Origin: an uncultured Acidobacteriota bacterium
GTDB lineage: Bacteria > Acidobacteriota > Thermoanaerobaculia > UBA5066 > DATFVB01
Assembly (NCBI GenBank): GCA_963813155.1
Contig: CAWEYG010000006.1
Coordinates: 32,001 to 96,000 of the forward strand
DNA: 64,000 nt
Reading direction: 5' to 3'
Numbering within the stretch: position 1 is the stretch's first letter; every line of letters begins with the position of its first letter. Shown piece after piece: positions 63,179-64,000 of this stretch. The translations under genes and the position numbers were made by a program. The notes beneath the pieces were generated by a model. The model searched no databases, was not told the origin of the DNA, and worked only from the letters and a program-made list of their open reading frames with translations.

Positions 63179-64000
63179 ATGACCGAGACCGAGAAGAAAG
63201 AAGCCGCAAAACCGAAGCGCCGTGGACGGCGCGGCGGCGTGCGTCACCGAAAGAAGAGCGAGACGGCGGCCCCGCCGCCGCTCGAGCCGCCGTTCGAAAT
63301 TCCCGAGCCGGCCCCGCCCCCTCCCCAGTCCGCGGCGCCGGAAACATTGACCTTTTCATCCAGCGGAGGACCCACTCCCATGCCGAACAACCAGGCCGAC
63401 GAACAACGGCTGGCCGTCTTCATCGATTTCGACAACCTCGCGATCGGCGCGAGGGAAGCGAAGTATCCGAAATTCGACCTCGACCTCATGCTCGAGCGGC
63501 TGCTCGAGAAGGGGCGGATCGTCTACAAGAAAGCGTACGCGGACTGGAGCCGCTACCTCGACTACAAACGCCCGTTCCACGAGGCGGCGGTCGAGCTCAT
63601 CGACATTCCGCAGCGCAGCTACACCGGAAAGAACTCCGCCGACATCCGAATGGTCGTCGACGCGATGGACCTCTGCTATTCGAAGGGGCACATCACGACG
63701 TTCGTCATCGCGTCGGGCGATTCCGACTTCTCGCCTCTCGTCTCGAAGCTCAAGGAGAACGACAAGGCCGTGCTCGGAGTGGGCGTGAAGAACTCGTCGT
63801 CCGATCTCCTGGTTTCGAATTGCGACGAGTTCATCTTCTACGAGGACCTCGTCCGCGCGCCCGCGGCCGGTTCTCCCTCGCTCGACGAGCTGCCGGAGAA
63901 GAAGCGCGAGGTCTTTCGCCTGATGCTCGATTCGATTCTCGCGCTGAAGCGCGAGAACAAGGACGTGATCTGGGGCTCGATGGTGAAACAGACCATGCAG
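63179..64000 (+). CDS. NYN domain protein (LabA/DUF88), truncated at the window end; alternative start at 63380
   Basis: AVFIDFDN, KAYADW, GKNSADIRMVVDAM, ASGDSDFSPL, CDEFIFY. Confidence 0.9.
   Translation, partial: MTETEKKEAAKPKRRGRRGGVRHRKKSETAAPPPLEPPFEIPEPAPPPPQSAAPETLTFSSSGGPTPMPNNQADEQRLAVFIDFDNLAIGAREAKYPKFDLDLMLERLLEKGRIVYKKAYADWSRYLDYKRPFHEAAVELIDIPQRSYTGKNSADIRMVVDAMDLCYSKGHITTFVIASGDSDFSPLVSKLKENDKAVLGVGVKNSSSDLLVSNCDEFIFYEDLVRAPAAGSPSLDELPEKKREVFRLMLDSILALKRENKDVIWGSMVKQTMQ

Overview
GC-rich bacterial chromosome segment; gene content and order are most consistent with Acidobacteriota (inference). It looks like an unpolished long-read assembly: many single-base indels split obvious genes, including conserved ones (rplY/pth junction, xerD), so frameshifts are treated as probable sequencing errors. 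Layout: (1) 1-17.9 kb surface-polysaccharide locus (GT2/GT4 glycosyltransferases, Wzy-like protein, NodZ/FUT8-like transferase, NodU carbamoyltransferase, three tandem acyltransferase-3 paralogs, GDP-mannose 3,5-epimerase, WecA fusion); (2) 17.9-18.4 kb DUF559 endonuclease bracketed by BoxC-like palindromic repeats that recur about 10 times in the window; (3) 18.5-28.9 kb, the most interesting part: a RiPP-like operon (PqqD/RRE, radical SAM-SPASM, 61-aa Cys-containing precursor with a YxxPxV leader motif, HPr-kinase-like ATPase, S24/S26 peptidase) translationally coupled to a large secreted gingipain-family (C25) protein and followed by a second C25 paralog with a candidate sigma-54 promoter; (4) 30.9-35.7 kb prs-rplY-pth-rpsF-rpsR-DUF2232-rplI; (5) 35.9-41.3 kb PAS two-component cluster; (6) 41.3-64 kb housekeeping genes (PBP1A, phosphohexomutase, pgsA, trmB, Ser/Thr kinase, thiolase/hbd/crotonase operon with a second radical SAM, lipid acyltransferase, halogenase-like flavoprotein, LeuA-like synthase, xerD, lytic transglycosylase, NYN protein). 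No rRNA, tRNA or CRISPR array was seen.
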